Shown: positions 1 to 11,050 of the stretch, piece by piece
Layout: each line of letters opens with the position of its first letter
Numbering within the stretch: the first letter of the stretch is position 1
NCBI GenBank assembly: GCA_963765495.1
Contig: CAVXWP010000005.1
Location: 1 to 64,000 of the forward strand
Origin: Blastocatellia bacterium
Lineage (GTDB): Bacteria; Acidobacteriota; Blastocatellia; UBA7656
DNA: 64,000 nucleotides
Direction: 5' to 3'
Made by a program: the position numbers and the translations under genes
The notes under the pieces: model-generated
Database searches by the model: none
What the model was told of the DNA's origin: nothing
Seen by the model: only the letters and a program-made list of their open reading frames with translations

Positions 1-497
1 ATAACAATGGTGCCTCAATGCGCTGGTACCTCCTCTCGCGTGTTAAGCAGATTGAATCAACGCGCGGGTGGCAGGCCGATAAAGCAAAAGCAGAGAAACG
101 ACAGCAGAGCGCTCTTAAAGGGGTGGACACGAAGCTCGCGAAAATGAAAGAGCACCTGGATGATATAGAAATCAAAGTACCTAAGTTGAGCAGAGAGTAC
201 TTGGTGAATCGTGCTTGCCAACATTACAACGATAGACAACGCTTCCGATCCTACGGTGAAGGCTCCTACGCCACTCCTACCTCAGACGAACCGTTTCTCC
301 AGAGAATCACTGTGAACTATCTCCGCCATACGCTCACCAAAGATTAACCTCGCCTTAAAGAAGTGAAGGGTAAAGTTGGTCGCGACGACGCCTATTTTGA
401 GATCAACAGAAAGATTTACAATGCTATTTCTGAGAAATATCCAGATTTGAAAGACGAATGTGATTGGCAAATGGCAAATAAGGAATCTGAAGGTTAG
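1..497 (+). pseudogene. Hypothetical element protein, probably 5'-partial, with in-frame TAA at 345-347
   Basis: ORF 18..347 (RITVNYLRH) continues in the same frame after the stop as PRLKEVKGKVGRDDAYFEINRKIYNAISEKYPDLKDEC to TAG at 495-497. Confidence 0.55.
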
Positions 498-720
498 CTG
501 CCTCAATTTTTTCCAAAGCTGAATACTTTCCCCTCCGTACTCTTTGATAAGGTAGGCTGTAAAGTCCACTGCAGAAATGGGCCCGGACAGGTGGTTGCCC
601 ACTCAGTTCCGAGCAAGAAAATGCTACGGCTATGATGATATAATTAGTGGTAGGTGGCTGTGAATCGCTCCTTGAAGCAAATATTTCACCTGCGAGACAT
701 TGGAGCCGAAGGAAGAATAA

Positions 721-1033
721 ATGAGCATAAGCATTATTAACGCGATTAATCGTCAACTGGAAACAATCTGAAAAAGGAGCGCATGACCAGTTTGAAAAAG
801 CTCGTAAGCAGTACGAGCAGGCAAGCAGATTGGTGGAGCCTCTGGAAGCAGAGTATCTGACGCTGGCTTCCAACCTACGCGATATACCAGACGATCTCTC
901 ACCGTCCGAGGTGAGGATTATGGAACGCCGCAGGGATTATCTTGAGATCGTGCTCAATGAGCGATGGGGCGAGTTGGACGAACTTCACGGTGCCGTAAAA
1001 GAGGCTCAAGATAGAGTCGAAGAGTTGAGGTAG
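721..1033 (+). pseudogene. Small coiled-coil protein, probably frameshifted
   Basis: ATG at 721 stops at about 770; the frame of ORF 830..1033 is open from about 770 and is helical/charged. Confidence 0.35.
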
Positions 1034-1494
1034 CTGAAACATACACCCAGCCTTAATTACTCCCACTTCACCTAAAACCTAGTTGCCGCAAGATTTTTCA
1101 GAGCCGGTTCAACTGCCGATGCCCAATATACCTACTCCCACCCGGTCATAATCCCTTGATTCAACCGGCTTCAATCATTTTTTTAATTTTATTGCGCCCA
1201 CTATAGGAGTTTATAACGGTCTTAAATTATTCCATCCAGGGGGATCACAGAAACCTCTGAGAAAGTAACCTTGGTATTAGTAATATTAATTGCTTCATCA
1301 CTCTCATGTGCTTGGAGATACCGCAAGCAGGAATATTTCATCTCTCAATTGCTCCCAGAGCTTCTTTCATCCCTGACTTCTTCTGGTTCAACACCCTTGT
1401 CCAGTCTAAAAGATGATAAAGCAGGGTCCTATTGCCCCTGATTTAGCGTCAGAATCTTAGTTTCCATTTTTCCTATTCTAATACCGCTCACGTT

Positions 1495-3365
1495 CTAGTT
1501 CTTCATATTTTCGAGAGCCTTACGAAGTGCAGAGAATGCGCTGTGAACTGTTAACTCAGCGTATTTACGCCCCTGTTCCTGTGCCTTTCCACTCACTCTT
1601 ATTAATTCCTCTACTGATCTCTTCTTCCGAATGTCCCCAATCAGCAGCTATAAAGACCCATACGAAATCCTGGCTCGAACGATCTGGGTCGGTGTGGGTT
1701 CGAGCAGCATCAGCCCGACCTGAGATTTCTTTATAATCGGGAAAGTAGTTCCGCTTCTGCCCTTTGGGTGAAAGCCTGGGAATGAGTCGCCTTACCGGTT
1801 TTGAAGCCTGAACAGCCTTCTTCTCAGATGTCTTTGAGGCTGCTTGCTCCTTATCTCCACTCAACAGACCCGCTCTATGAAGCTGAATTTCATTTGTAAG
1901 GGCGCCCGGGTTCGGCTCCGAATTCTGCACCTGCTGATCTGACTCGTGGATATGATCCATTAGACTGAAGATATTTAGGTTTAACGTTTAAACTTCCGGC
2001 AATACGTGTCCATCCTATTCGCCCCACGATCAGCCTTCATGTTCTTTACAAGCCGATCCCTCATGCCCTCTGATCAAAATCACCGGCAATGAAAGCCTGA
2101 TAGTTCCCCGGCGATGTCTCAGTAACTCGAAAGGCCAACCTTGAGATTTGCTTTATCCGAGTCTCATCGAGATCATCCAACTGAATTATGCGCGCCAGCG
2201 GCAATACATCATCCACCTGAGGCCGGATGATGGTATTCAAACTATCCTGCTCTGCCCGATCAAATACTTCTACCAGCTTCTTTTTGAATTGGTCTGCTGA
2301 CATATTTGAGAAATACCCCCTACTTTCTTTTGATCCTGACGTGAGTGAGAGATCGAAGCGTTGGCATCCAACTGATTCAAAAGCTTCAATATCAGATAAC
2401 TGCTCAAGCAATGGGGCAGGCATAATGGAACCCATTTCATCTGCACTCTCTGGCCGTAATGGGGGGTTAAAAGTGACCCCACCCCCTACCAGAGATATGG
2501 GATCAAGGAAATCAGAATCACGGGGGGGAGAAATAGCATTCCCCCCGTGATTCACAGTTATTGGACTGTCATTTTTGATGCCTGCATCATTCATGGCCTC
2601 GACAGCAAGATCAGATAAGATTTTTGAGATCCGAGCAGGATCATATCCCTGCTGCTCAAGGTTCTTGCGCATTGAGCGCATCGTTCCGAGAGTCTGTTGG
2701 AGCATATTTTTGATTGTTGGATCCCGCCGTCTGGGCCTTCGTTGTTGCTTTCTTTTGGGAGCAGCATTCTTTGAAAGCTCCGCTGCCACTTCGCGAGCGG
2801 CACGCTCAAAGCTTGATCCGGGCCGATCTGATTTATATTTTTCAGGTTGAGATTTTGCTCGATAGAGTCTTCGAAAGCATATTCAAGTATTCGTAGCCGA
2901 TAACGTGTGGGCTCGTTGCAACGAGTTGCTGGGTTATAGATTGTACGCTTCTCAACCCAGAGGATTCCTGCCTCATCCTGATTTAAGAAGAAACGTTTAG
3001 CCATCCGCCCGATCTTTTGTAATTGGCTATCTTTATTAATTTTCGTGAAGTTGGGATCGGATTTCTGTAGTTGTTTAGCGAGTGCCTGATAGCTCGCAGG
3101 GAATTCGAGCGCTTGTCGTCGGTCCCAATCTATTCGTCCGCGAGCCACACCGAGAAGCGCATCCAGAAATGGACGATCTCTTTGCCTCACCACCGGTTTC
3201 AGCAAATAACACCCCCACTATTTGCCCAAGGCTGCCTGAATCTTCGGCGGCATATTTTAGCCGCCTCTTTTGCTTTTCATCGACCTTATAGAAAGATAAT
3301 TTTGATCTGGCTCCATACTTTGTTGAAATTTCAGTCTCGTTTGTATCAGAGGTATTCTTTCCCAT
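1495..3365 (-). pseudogene. RepB-family DNA primase/replication protein split by several frameshifts
   Basis: Motifs IIQLDDLD and ETSPGNYQAFI (2061..2789), RIAGSLNVK (about 2000), C-terminal PDRSSQDF (1565..1960) and a KAQEQGRKYAELTV tail ending at 1495. Overlapping ORFs 3075..3365 and 2591..3205 join upstream. Confidence 0.7.
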
Positions 3366-3421
3366 ATATTCGCGCCACGTTCCCGATATCTGGATTCCTT
3401 GTTCAATCGTCGCAGAGGGAT

Positions 3422-3874
3422 TTATTTTCTATTTCCCGGGCTCTGCTCTTCGCGAATTCCGATCATCTTCTCCATATGCGACTCTTCAGGTTCTTGTATA
3501 GGCCCGTGCTCGGGCAATAAATTGAAGATCGTGCCTCCTCGATTGAGGCCCTTTTTTGTCATCAAGGGCATTCCGTCCACTCGCAACCTACAAAGCTCTA
3601 TAACGGTCTTCTTCAGTCTGTCTTTATTTCCTCCCGTTATTATTGCCAGTTCATCATAATTCTTGATTTTCGCTTTCCTTTCTGATCCCATCTTTTGCAC
3701 CAAAGCCAATAGTACGGCGAGTTCTTGTCCACTTAATTCGGGTAGGTGATCCATCGTAATCTGTAAGATCACCTGCTTTTCGTAGGGTAGCTTCTTGTAT
3801 TCCTTAAATTGTCTTTCCATTGTTAATTGGCTCGGAAGGATTTTTAAGAACTGCGTTTTCGGTCGAATATCCAA
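3422..3874 (-). CDS. Putative winged-HTH DNA-binding protein
   Basis: LSGQELAVLLAL...YDELAIITG...LKKTVIEL pattern typical of replication-associated wHTH proteins. Confidence 0.5.
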   Translation of the reverse strand: MDIRPKTQFLKILPSQLTMERQFKEYKKLPYEKQVILQITMDHLPELSGQELAVLLALVQKMGSERKAKIKNYDELAIITGGNKDRLKKTVIELCRLRVDGMPLMTKKGLNRGGTIFNLLPEHGPIQEPEESHMEKMIGIREEQSPGNRK

Positions 3875-4002
3875 CCCATTTTTGTCCTCGCTTTTATTTT
3901 TCTCTTATATTGAAGAAGTCTTTTCTGTCAAATAGCATCCTCTTGATTGAGCGCGTCGTAGTCCTGTTATTCAGGGCGCAACGGCAATCTCAATTTTAGG
4001 AA

Positions 4003-4447
4003 TTACTCTAGGAACTCTGATTCCTGCGCAATACAGGCCAATTCCTCAGCTCTCGCGCAGAAGGATCGGTCTCTGTACTCAATATCGCAGTGCCAGAGCC
4101 AGTCCACCTGATCGAGTTCGGAGATGATATCTCTGATTTCGGCCGTATAGGGGAGAAGGTAAGATTCACAAAACCATTTTTCATTTATCTGCCATGGTAA
4201 TCTGATGGGAATCAGTATAAAGCTGAATCCACTTACCGCCATGATTCGTTGTGCCCAGGCGAGAGCATGACCAGTGCGTAATAGGCGCGATGTTTGAAGA
4301 CATCTCAATGCACGGCGCAAGGAGCCCTGCATTACTAATGCCCGATTTCATTGTTCGCGCGGTCGAAAGCCACCCAGGACCAGACACCTCTAATGTCTCT
4401 GGGATAAACCACGCAAGCCCCCTGTGTATAAATTCCGATATGTTCAA
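4003..4447 (-). pseudogene. Hypothetical protein, probably one gene split by a frameshift near 4185
   Basis: Overlapping ORFs 4181..4447 and 4003..4332 directly downstream of xis. Confidence 0.35.
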
Positions 4448-4522
4448 ATCGATAACGATCCATCTAATATTCCTTTTTTTACCTTCATCGAATTCTGGCG
4501 GCTCCTCTATAATCCTCGGACG

Positions 4523-4720
4523 CTATTGATTCTGGTCATTGATTGCCTGAGTAACTTTTCTCTCGATCCACGCTTTCAGTAATTGAGTTGGGACCCGTAT
4601 GGCTCGTCCGCATCTGATTGCCGGCAGTTCGCCCGTCGCGATCATGAAATAAACCTGTGAGCGACTGAGTCCAGTTGCCTCAATAACCTCGCGTACTTTT
4701 AGTAAAATCTTTTCGTCCAT
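4523..4720 (-). CDS. xis: Excisionase / HTH_17 DNA-binding protein (65 aa)
   Basis: MDEKILLKVREVIEATGLSRSQVYFMIATGELPAIRCGRAIRVP; AGGA upstream of ATG 4720. Confidence 0.85.
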   Translation of the reverse strand: MDEKILLKVREVIEATGLSRSQVYFMIATGELPAIRCGRAIRVPTQLLKAWIERKVTQAINDQNQ

Positions 4721-4791
4721 CTGTATCCTTGAATTCCTTTTCGTTTCACTATATAGTCTAGCATTCATGCGCATATTAACCCAGACTAGGT

Positions 4792-5961
4792 ATGGTAAGT
4801 AAGACAGACATGCACTGGACAAGAAATTCAAAGCGAACTGCAAGATTAGTAACTGGTAAATGGTGGAGACATGAGAAATATGAGTTGCATAATGGCTATA
4901 TCCGACCCGTAAAAGGGTCGAAACTGATTGTCTACGACCCTTGGGATGACTATTACGCAAGGCTGCATAATGATTTTTGCTCCATACGTCTCGTTGTTGA
5001 ATCTGATAGACGGGATTCAACTCCGCCCTTCTGCTAGTGAGCCTTTTACTCTGGCAAAAGAGAGCATAGATCGCATACTTAAATGGTGTGGAAGGCATGG
5101 ACTGCTGGGGGTGTTACCTCAGCAAGTAATTACCGTAACACTTGCCGCCAGATGGGAAGGCGACCCGACTGTAATGGTCAGCCCGAAACAAACACAGTTC
5201 GTGCGCGCTGAAGGCGGCTGGCATTTGATAGAAGTTCCGGATGACGGGACAGTGAGAGAAATATACCTTTCTGACCCGGAGGGGCGCTCTCATCAAATCG
5301 CAAAAGCTCTGCTCCCGGTCGAAAGAGAATTCCCAAATATCTACTCACCTCCTTACGTGCTGCTCCAGACCCTTGGGAAGGCCGAGATAAGGCATGAAGG
5401 ATGGGCCAAACCTGGGCGCGATTCTTTCCAGACGTTGCGGAAGCTGAGAGAGAAAACCATCAATATCCTCAGCCCTTAACAGATGAATTTTGGGAGCAGT
5501 ATGCGGAGCCCCTGGATTCCTTCCTAAGGGCGGCTGCCGTGCTCAGAGACGCGCTACAGTATCTTGAAAACATCGGCCCTGCCGAAGATGAGAGCTTTGA
5601 AAATTCGGTTCTGGTCGGGGCCGGGCTTCAGCGAATTCGTTCCCTTCTTGGCCCCGTAGCGCTGACATTGCAGACACGGGCCGATGGTTCCTATGAGGAG
5701 AATTGGGTGGCCCCATCTCTACTTTCGGCGTTTGCTTCGATGGCAATCTCCGACCTTACGGGGAAACGCAGACTGCTCCGATGCGAGAGATGCGGCAGGC
5801 TGTTTCTCTCGGACGCATATCAGACAAAGTACTGCTCGGATAGATGCCGGGGAAATACTCAAAAGCAAAGATATCGGATGAGAAAATCTCAAGAAAATCG
5901 AGGGGCAAAACCCCATAAAGGAAGTAATCATCATGGACAAAAAAGTAAAAGAAGAAGCTAA
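4792..5961 (+). pseudogene. About 390-aa protein with C-terminal CGNR-like zinc finger; two compensating frameshifts (about 4975 and 5400)
   Basis: ORFs 4792..5037, 4928..5479 and 5401..5961 join at a T-run and a G-run. C-terminus CERCGRLF...KYCSDRC...KQRYR. Confidence 0.65.
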
Positions 5962-7106
5962 GGTTTCGAAGGCCCGAAAAAGGGGGCAGGGGGAAGGCTC
6001 AATTTATAGACGCAAGGATGGACTCTGGGCCGGTGCTGTGAATCTCGGCTACCAGAACGGGAAACTAAAGCGGAAGGTCTATCTATGGGAAGACACGGAG
6101 TGACATAAGCGAGAAGCTTACCGCCACTTTGCACGATCTACAACGAGGCGTTCCGGTTGTAACGGAGAGGCAGACTGTCGGGCAATTTCTCGATCAGTGG
6201 TTGAACGATTGCGCCAAGAACTCTGTGCGCCCGCGAACCTATAGCGGCTATGAAACGATTATTCGCAGGCATATCAAACCACGACTGGGTAATATCCAGC
6301 TTGTTAAGCTAACCCCACAGCATGTCCAGGCATTATTGAATGAATGCCTGGAATCGGGATTATCGAGCCGAACGGTTCATCACATTCGGACTGTCCTACG
6401 AACTGCGCTCAATCGAGCCGTCAAATGGGGACTCGTCGTTCGTAATGTTGCTGCTCTTACAGATCCGCCGCGAGTTATGAAATATGAGGTTCATGCCATA
6501 ACGAGCGATGACGCTCGGCGCTTTTTACAAGCTATCGAAGGCGACCGATTTGAAGCATTATTCACCGTAGCCTTGGCGTTAGGGTTAAGGCGTGGCGAAG
6601 CTCTCGGCCTGCGCTGGCAAGATATAGATTTCGACCGGCGACTATTACGGGTGAATCATTCGCTGCAACGATTCAACGGCAAATTGCAGCTTACAGAAGT
6701 AAAGACCACGAACTCCCGCCGCGTACTGCATTTGCCTGAAATACTGATTCGCAAGTTACGAGAACATCGCACAAGACAATTAGAGGAACGGCTATCAGCA
6801 GGCGAATTCTGGCAAGAAAACGACATGGTTTTTGCAAGCTCGATAGGTACACCAATGGAGCCGCGAAACCTCAACCGGCATTTCAGCCAGTTACTCACCG
6901 ATACAAAGCTTAATCACATGAGGTTACACGATCTCCGCCACTTCTGCGCTAGTTTATTGCTGGCGCAAGGTGTACCTTTGAAAACCATCTCTGAGATTCT
7001 GGGGCATAGCCAGATCAGCACGACAGCCGATATTTATGCTCATCTTTCAGAAGAAACCAAACGCGAAGCTATCAGCCTCATGGATACGATTTTGACGGCA
7101 AAATGA
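5933..7106 (+). CDS. int: Tyrosine recombinase/integrase; +1 frameshift near 6080
   Basis: N-terminal RGQGEGSIYRRKDG from ATG 5933; removing one base restores KRKVIYGKTR. Catalytic motifs GLRRGE, HDLRH, LGHS and IYAH present. Confidence 0.92.
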
Positions 7107-7110
7107 TTCC

Positions 7111-7186
7111 GGTTGCTACAGGGTTGCTACAAATCCACTATGAAAATAACTAAGGCCGCCTTGAGAGCGGCCTTAACTTGTTGATT
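7111..7186. promoter_or_regulatory. att-arm region: direct repeat GGTTGCTACA x2, hairpin and IHF-like site
   Basis: Repeats at 7111-7120 and 7122-7131; inverted repeat TAAGGCCGC/GCGGCCTTA at 7151-7175; AATCAACAAGTTA (minus, 7174-7186) fits WATCAANNNNTTR. Confidence 0.7.
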
Positions 7187-7194
7187 TTAATAAA

Positions 7195-7268
7195 TGCGGC
7201 TGGCAAGATTCGAACTTGCGACCCCCAGTTTCGTAGACTGGTGCTCTATCCGACTGAGCTACAGCCGC
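7195..7268 (-). tRNA. tRNA-Arg(ACG), CCA not encoded
   Basis: Full cloverleaf GCGGCTG...CCAGT-CTACGAA-ACTGG...GTTCGAATC...CAGCCGCA; TTGACA upstream at about 7305-7310. Confidence 0.96.
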
Positions 7269-7376
7269 GCAAGAAAAAGAATTATTGCAAACGCGCGCAA
7301 AAACTGTCAACGCTACTCCTGAAATGCGCTACGGAGCTTTCTGTTGCGCGCCGCCCGCAGCGATGGTAGAAGTTTC

Positions 7377-8060
7377 ATGATGGAGGAAGATTTCTCACAC
7401 GACCCCCGCCGGATTATTCCTTACGTCATACAGAATCTCAAGGCGGTTTATGGTGTGCCTCAACTTGAAACCGGGCTGGACCCGCTCGATGTCCTTATAC
7501 AGACTATTCTTTCGCAATCCACTACGAATATAAACAGCCATCGCGCATTTGAAAGCCTCAAAAGGCGATTTCCTTCCTGGGAGGATGCCCGACGCGCGCG
7601 CGCGGCTTCGATTGAAACGGCGATACGTTCGGGAGGTCTTGCGCGGCAAAAATCCGTCAGGATCAAAAACCTGTTGAACGAAATATATGAACGGCGCGGC
7701 TCGCTTGATCTCTCATTTCTTTCAAACGCCCCGCTCGAAGAGGCTAAAGAATTTCTGGCGAGTTTCAAAGGCATAGGCCCAAAGACCGTGGCCTGTACGC
7801 TTCTTTTTGCCTGTAATCGCCCGGTCTTTCCAATTGACACACACATCTTTCGCATAGCGCGCCGTTTAGGGCTGATCCCCGAAAAGGGGTCCGATCATGA
7901 GGCGCACCGTTTGATGACAGCCCTCCTGCCCGAAGACCGCTTTTATGAAGTGCATGTAAACTTGATTCGTCACGGCCGGCGCGTATGCCGTCCGACAAAA
8001 CCGCTCTGCGAGCAGTGTTGTCTGCTCGATTATTGCCTTTACTACGAAAAACTCTCTTGA
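7377..8060 (+). CDS. nth: Endonuclease III (HhH-GPD glycosylase)
   Basis: TILSQST, FKGIGPKT HhH motif, IDTHIFR, 4Fe-4S motif C-x6-C-x2-C-x5-C. Confidence 0.9.
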   Translation: MMEEDFSHDPRRIIPYVIQNLKAVYGVPQLETGLDPLDVLIQTILSQSTTNINSHRAFESLKRRFPSWEDARRARAASIETAIRSGGLARQKSVRIKNLLNEIYERRGSLDLSFLSNAPLEEAKEFLASFKGIGPKTVACTLLFACNRPVFPIDTHIFRIARRLGLIPEKGSDHEAHRLMTALLPEDRFYEVHVNLIRHGRRVCRPTKPLCEQCCLLDYCLYYEKLS

Positions 8061-8138
8061 GACTCATTCTCACGCCTGTTTTGCGGGGCTTTTTGCATAT
8101 TGCATCAGATGGCGCGGGTTATGCTAAACTTCCTCTTT

Positions 8139-9242
8139 ATGATGACCACAGGTGATCTTCACATAGGCAACGTAAGTATTCGCCCGAATCTCGTGCTTGC
8201 GCCGATGGCCGGAGTGACCGATTCTTCTTTTCGCCGCCTGATAAAAGACCTCGGCGGCGTAGGTCTTATCGTCACCGAATTCATTTCCGTCGAAGGGCTC
8301 ACGCGCGGAAATATGCGCGCCCATCGCATGATGCGGTTCCTGCCCGAAGAACGCCCGCTCTCTATACAGATATTCGGCTATGACGATGATCGCATGGTGG
8401 CCGCGGCTGAGATCATAGAAGAATCCGGCGCAGACATCGTAGACATCAACTGTGGTTGTCCGGCCAAAAAAGTTGTGAAGGGCGGAGGCGGATCGTCTCT
8501 GCTGCGCGACCTGCCTCAACTGGAGAAGATTCTGCGCCGCGTGGTCCGGGCCGTTTCAATCCCTGTGACGATGAAGATTCGCACGGGCTGGGACGATTCG
8601 ACGATCAATGCCGTGGAGGTCGCCCGGATAATCGAAGATTGCGGCGGAAAGATGGTCGCCATCCACGGGCGCACGCGGATGCAGGGCTACAGCGGCAAGG
8701 CTGATTGGGATGTCATTGCCGCCGTAAAGCGCGCCGTCACGATTCCTGTCATTGGCTGCGGAGACGTATCCATCCCCGAGCACGCCATCGAGCGATTCCG
8801 CGAAACGGGCGTTGATGCGGTCATGATCGGGCGCGGAGCCATCGCCAATCCGTGGATATTTCGCCAGACCTCGGAATTGATGCGGGGGCTTGAGCCTTAC
8901 CAGCCGCCCCTTTCTGAAAAGCGAAACGTGCTGCATCGCTTCCACGAGCTTATGCGAGACGATATGCCCGAGCGGGCGCTCACGGGTAAGCTCAAGCAGA
9001 TGTGCGGGTACTTCACGCATGGGTTGATGGGTGGTGCACGACTTCGCGAGCGCGTCTTTCACTCGCAAACGATAGCCGAGATATTTGATAAGGTAGACGA
9101 ATATTTCGATTCGATGATCAATCACGGTCTGCCGCCTGACGCGCTCGGCAGCGTCGAAGGCGATGATGCCTTCAAGCATCGAGAGGCGCGTGATCCCAAA
9201 TGTGTCGCCTTCACACGTTCTGCGCCCTCGCCTGTCAGTTGA
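8139..9242 (+). CDS. dusB: tRNA-dihydrouridine synthase DusB
   Basis: LAPMAGVTD, DINCGCP, HGRTR, VMIGRGA.NPW motifs. Confidence 0.92.
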   Translation: MMTTGDLHIGNVSIRPNLVLAPMAGVTDSSFRRLIKDLGGVGLIVTEFISVEGLTRGNMRAHRMMRFLPEERPLSIQIFGYDDDRMVAAAEIIEESGADIVDINCGCPAKKVVKGGGGSSLLRDLPQLEKILRRVVRAVSIPVTMKIRTGWDDSTINAVEVARIIEDCGGKMVAIHGRTRMQGYSGKADWDVIAAVKRAVTIPVIGCGDVSIPEHAIERFRETGVDAVMIGRGAIANPWIFRQTSELMRGLEPYQPPLSEKRNVLHRFHELMRDDMPERALTGKLKQMCGYFTHGLMGGARLRERVFHSQTIAEIFDKVDEYFDSMINHGLPPDALGSVEGDDAFKHREARDPKCVAFTRSAPSPVS

Positions 9243-9259
9243 CCCGGATTGCTGAATTA

Positions 9260-10297
9260 TCAAAGGCTGTGTGCCCTGCGACCCACACGAACTATTGCGC
9301 GGGCAAGCAGGTCGGCGGCAGCCGAGCCTATCGTCGTTACATCCGCCTGAGTCTCTCCGGTTGAAAGCGCAAAAACCGTGTCTCCATCAAACATAGTGTG
9401 TACGGGGCGTATGGCTCTTGCCATCCCGTCGTGAGCCATAGCGGCAACCTTCTTAGCCTGCGCTTTGGTGAGTAGAGCGTCTGTGGCAACGATTGCGAGC
9501 GTAGTGTTTTCGATGCCCGAAAAAGGACTCGATGGAGGCGTGATGGATTCTACAATTGTGGGGTGAGGGGGCGCATTCGCTATGGCGCGTGAGGTGTCAA
9601 GCCACCCGCGTCCATCGGGCGAGCGAGCGCCTGCCAGTATTTGCCCGGTTGCGGGATCAATCACGTCGCCGAATGCATTGACCACTACGAGAACACCGAC
9701 GGTCGCCCCGTTGCCGAGCTTGATCGAGGCCGTACCGATGCCGCCTTTTGATGCCAGAGCGGGGCCAAGTATCTTGCCTACGGTCGCGCCCGCGCCCGCG
9801 CCAACCTGCCCTTCCTCAACGCCGTCTGTGGTTGCTTGCATGCACGCTTCATAACCCATTCGTGAATCGGGCCGCACGCGCGCGTCTCCTACGGCAAGGT
9901 CAAAGATCACAGCGGCAGGGACTATCGGCACGCGGGCCACCCCGGTGTCAAAGCCTATGCCGCGCTCTTCCAGATAGCGGACAACCCCACAGGCGGAATC
10001 GAGCCCGAATACAGAGCCTCCCGTAAGCACTACCGCGTGAACTCGCTCGACAAGATTGCCCGGGTCTAAGAGATCGGTTTCTCGCGTGCCGGGCGCTGAG
10101 CCTCGAACGTCTACGCCCGCTCGCACACCTTCCCCGCCGCAAAGGACCACGGTGCACCCCGTAAGAGCATTCAGATCGTGCGCGTGGCCTACTATGATGC
10201 CCGCGACATCCGTGATCGAGCCTTCGGGTGTGATCGAGCCTTCGGGCGTAGCGTCATTAGTGCGTAATTCTTTCCCGTCTGTCCGATCCTCGTTCAT
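9260..10297 (-). CDS. P1/S58 (DmpA-like) peptidase
   Basis: ITDVAGIIVGH, GSAPGTRETD, ENTT autocleavage site, HTMFDGD. Confidence 0.9.
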   Translation of the reverse strand: MNEDRTDGKELRTNDATPEGSITPEGSITDVAGIIVGHAHDLNALTGCTVVLCGGEGVRAGVDVRGSAPGTRETDLLDPGNLVERVHAVVLTGGSVFGLDSACGVVRYLEERGIGFDTGVARVPIVPAAVIFDLAVGDARVRPDSRMGYEACMQATTDGVEEGQVGAGAGATVGKILGPALASKGGIGTASIKLGNGATVGVLVVVNAFGDVIDPATGQILAGARSPDGRGWLDTSRAIANAPPHPTIVESITPPSSPFSGIENTTLAIVATDALLTKAQAKKVAAMAHDGMARAIRPVHTMFDGDTVFALSTGETQADVTTIGSAAADLLARAIVRVGRRAHSL

Positions 10298-10357
10298 TGA
10301 CACGTATCTTATCGGATCGCAAAGAGCATTTCTACCGCGTTTAAAGCCTCGAAAGAG

Positions 10358-10373
10358 CGGCACAGCTATTGCC
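10358..10373 (+). promoter_or_regulatory. Putative sigma54 -24/-12 promoter
   Basis: CGGCACAGCTATTGCC (GG-N10-GC), about 30 bp before ATG 10406. Confidence 0.6.
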
Positions 10374-10405
10374 CTAGCAAAAGCGGCACTAAGTTGGGGG
10401 GAGAA

Positions 10406-10858
10406 ATGATGAAACATAAAATTATCACCAGAGTCGTTACGTTGTTGACAATAGCGATAGCATTCACAGGTTTGGCATCAGCGCAGAACAGGCAGACAAA
10501 GGCTCACAAAGCGGAGATCGCGCCTGCCGCGACCGAGAAACGTTCCTTTGCGCCCGGAGTGCGCGGGCGTTCCGATAGTTTCATCATCGAAGGAGAGATA
10601 ACCGCCATCACCAGGAGAAGTGTGACCGTCAGGGCAAAGGATGGAAAAGCCTACGTTTTCAATCTGGACGATCAACCCACTACGCTTGAATCGGGAGAGA
10701 TATTTTCAATCGCTACGATGGCCGATATTTCGATCAAGCCCGAAGACCTCAGAGTCTATGACCGCATCGAAGTCGTAGCCGAGCGGTCGGGCCGCGCCTC
10801 TTCGGCAAAGATAATCACCCGCATCGAACAGGGCAGCAACACGGTGGCAAAACGATAG
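10406..10858 (+). CDS. Secreted small beta-barrel (OB-fold/DUF5666-like) protein
   Basis: Signal peptide ending ASA-Q; GEITAI...VTVRAKDG...DLRVYDRIEV pattern. Confidence 0.6.
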   Translation: MMKHKIITRVVTLLTIAIAFTGLASAQNRQTKAHKAEIAPAATEKRSFAPGVRGRSDSFIIEGEITAITRRSVTVRAKDGKAYVFNLDDQPTTLESGEIFSIATMADISIKPEDLRVYDRIEVVAERSGRASSAKIITRIEQGSNTVAKR

Positions 10859-10874
10859 GCATCCCGAAGCGCTC

Positions 10875-10991
10875 GATGATGCGTGAAGAGTGATTCGTGA
10901 TCATAAAAAAGCAGTTTCTTTCAAAAGTAAAATCCAAATCTCACGCATCACGCATCACGAATTATTCCTTACACATCACGCATTACGCATC
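10875..10991. repeat. Heptamer (ATCACGC-type) repeat element with inverted arms
   Basis: GATGCGTGA/GATTCGTGA left arm and TCACGCA tandem right arm. Confidence 0.65.
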
Positions 10992-11050
10992 CGAGCATGT
11001 TATAATGCGGTTGCTCTGCCTGTGCTGAACTTTCCGAATGGATTATTGTT

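Larger units (their letters stand above)
1..7194. mobile_element. Integrative element (satellite/IME-like) inserted at the 3' end of tRNA-Arg(ACG); left end outside the window
   Basis: Lower GC than downstream DNA. Integrase ends about 90 bp from the tRNA 3' end. Also carries excisionase, RepB-like primase, arm-type direct repeats and an IHF-like site. Confidence 0.85.

Noticed and set aside
345-347. Stop-codon readthrough or alternative genetic code
   Set aside because: A single TAA in a region full of lesions; TAA terminates normal genes elsewhere in the window.
4720-5098. 191-aa version of the excisionase ORF
   Set aside because: The extension overlaps the divergent gene; only the last 65 aa match the family.
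6070-6090. Programmed frameshifting in the integrase or M36 gene
   Set aside because: No canonical slippery heptamer or stimulatory structure seen; error or decay is simpler.
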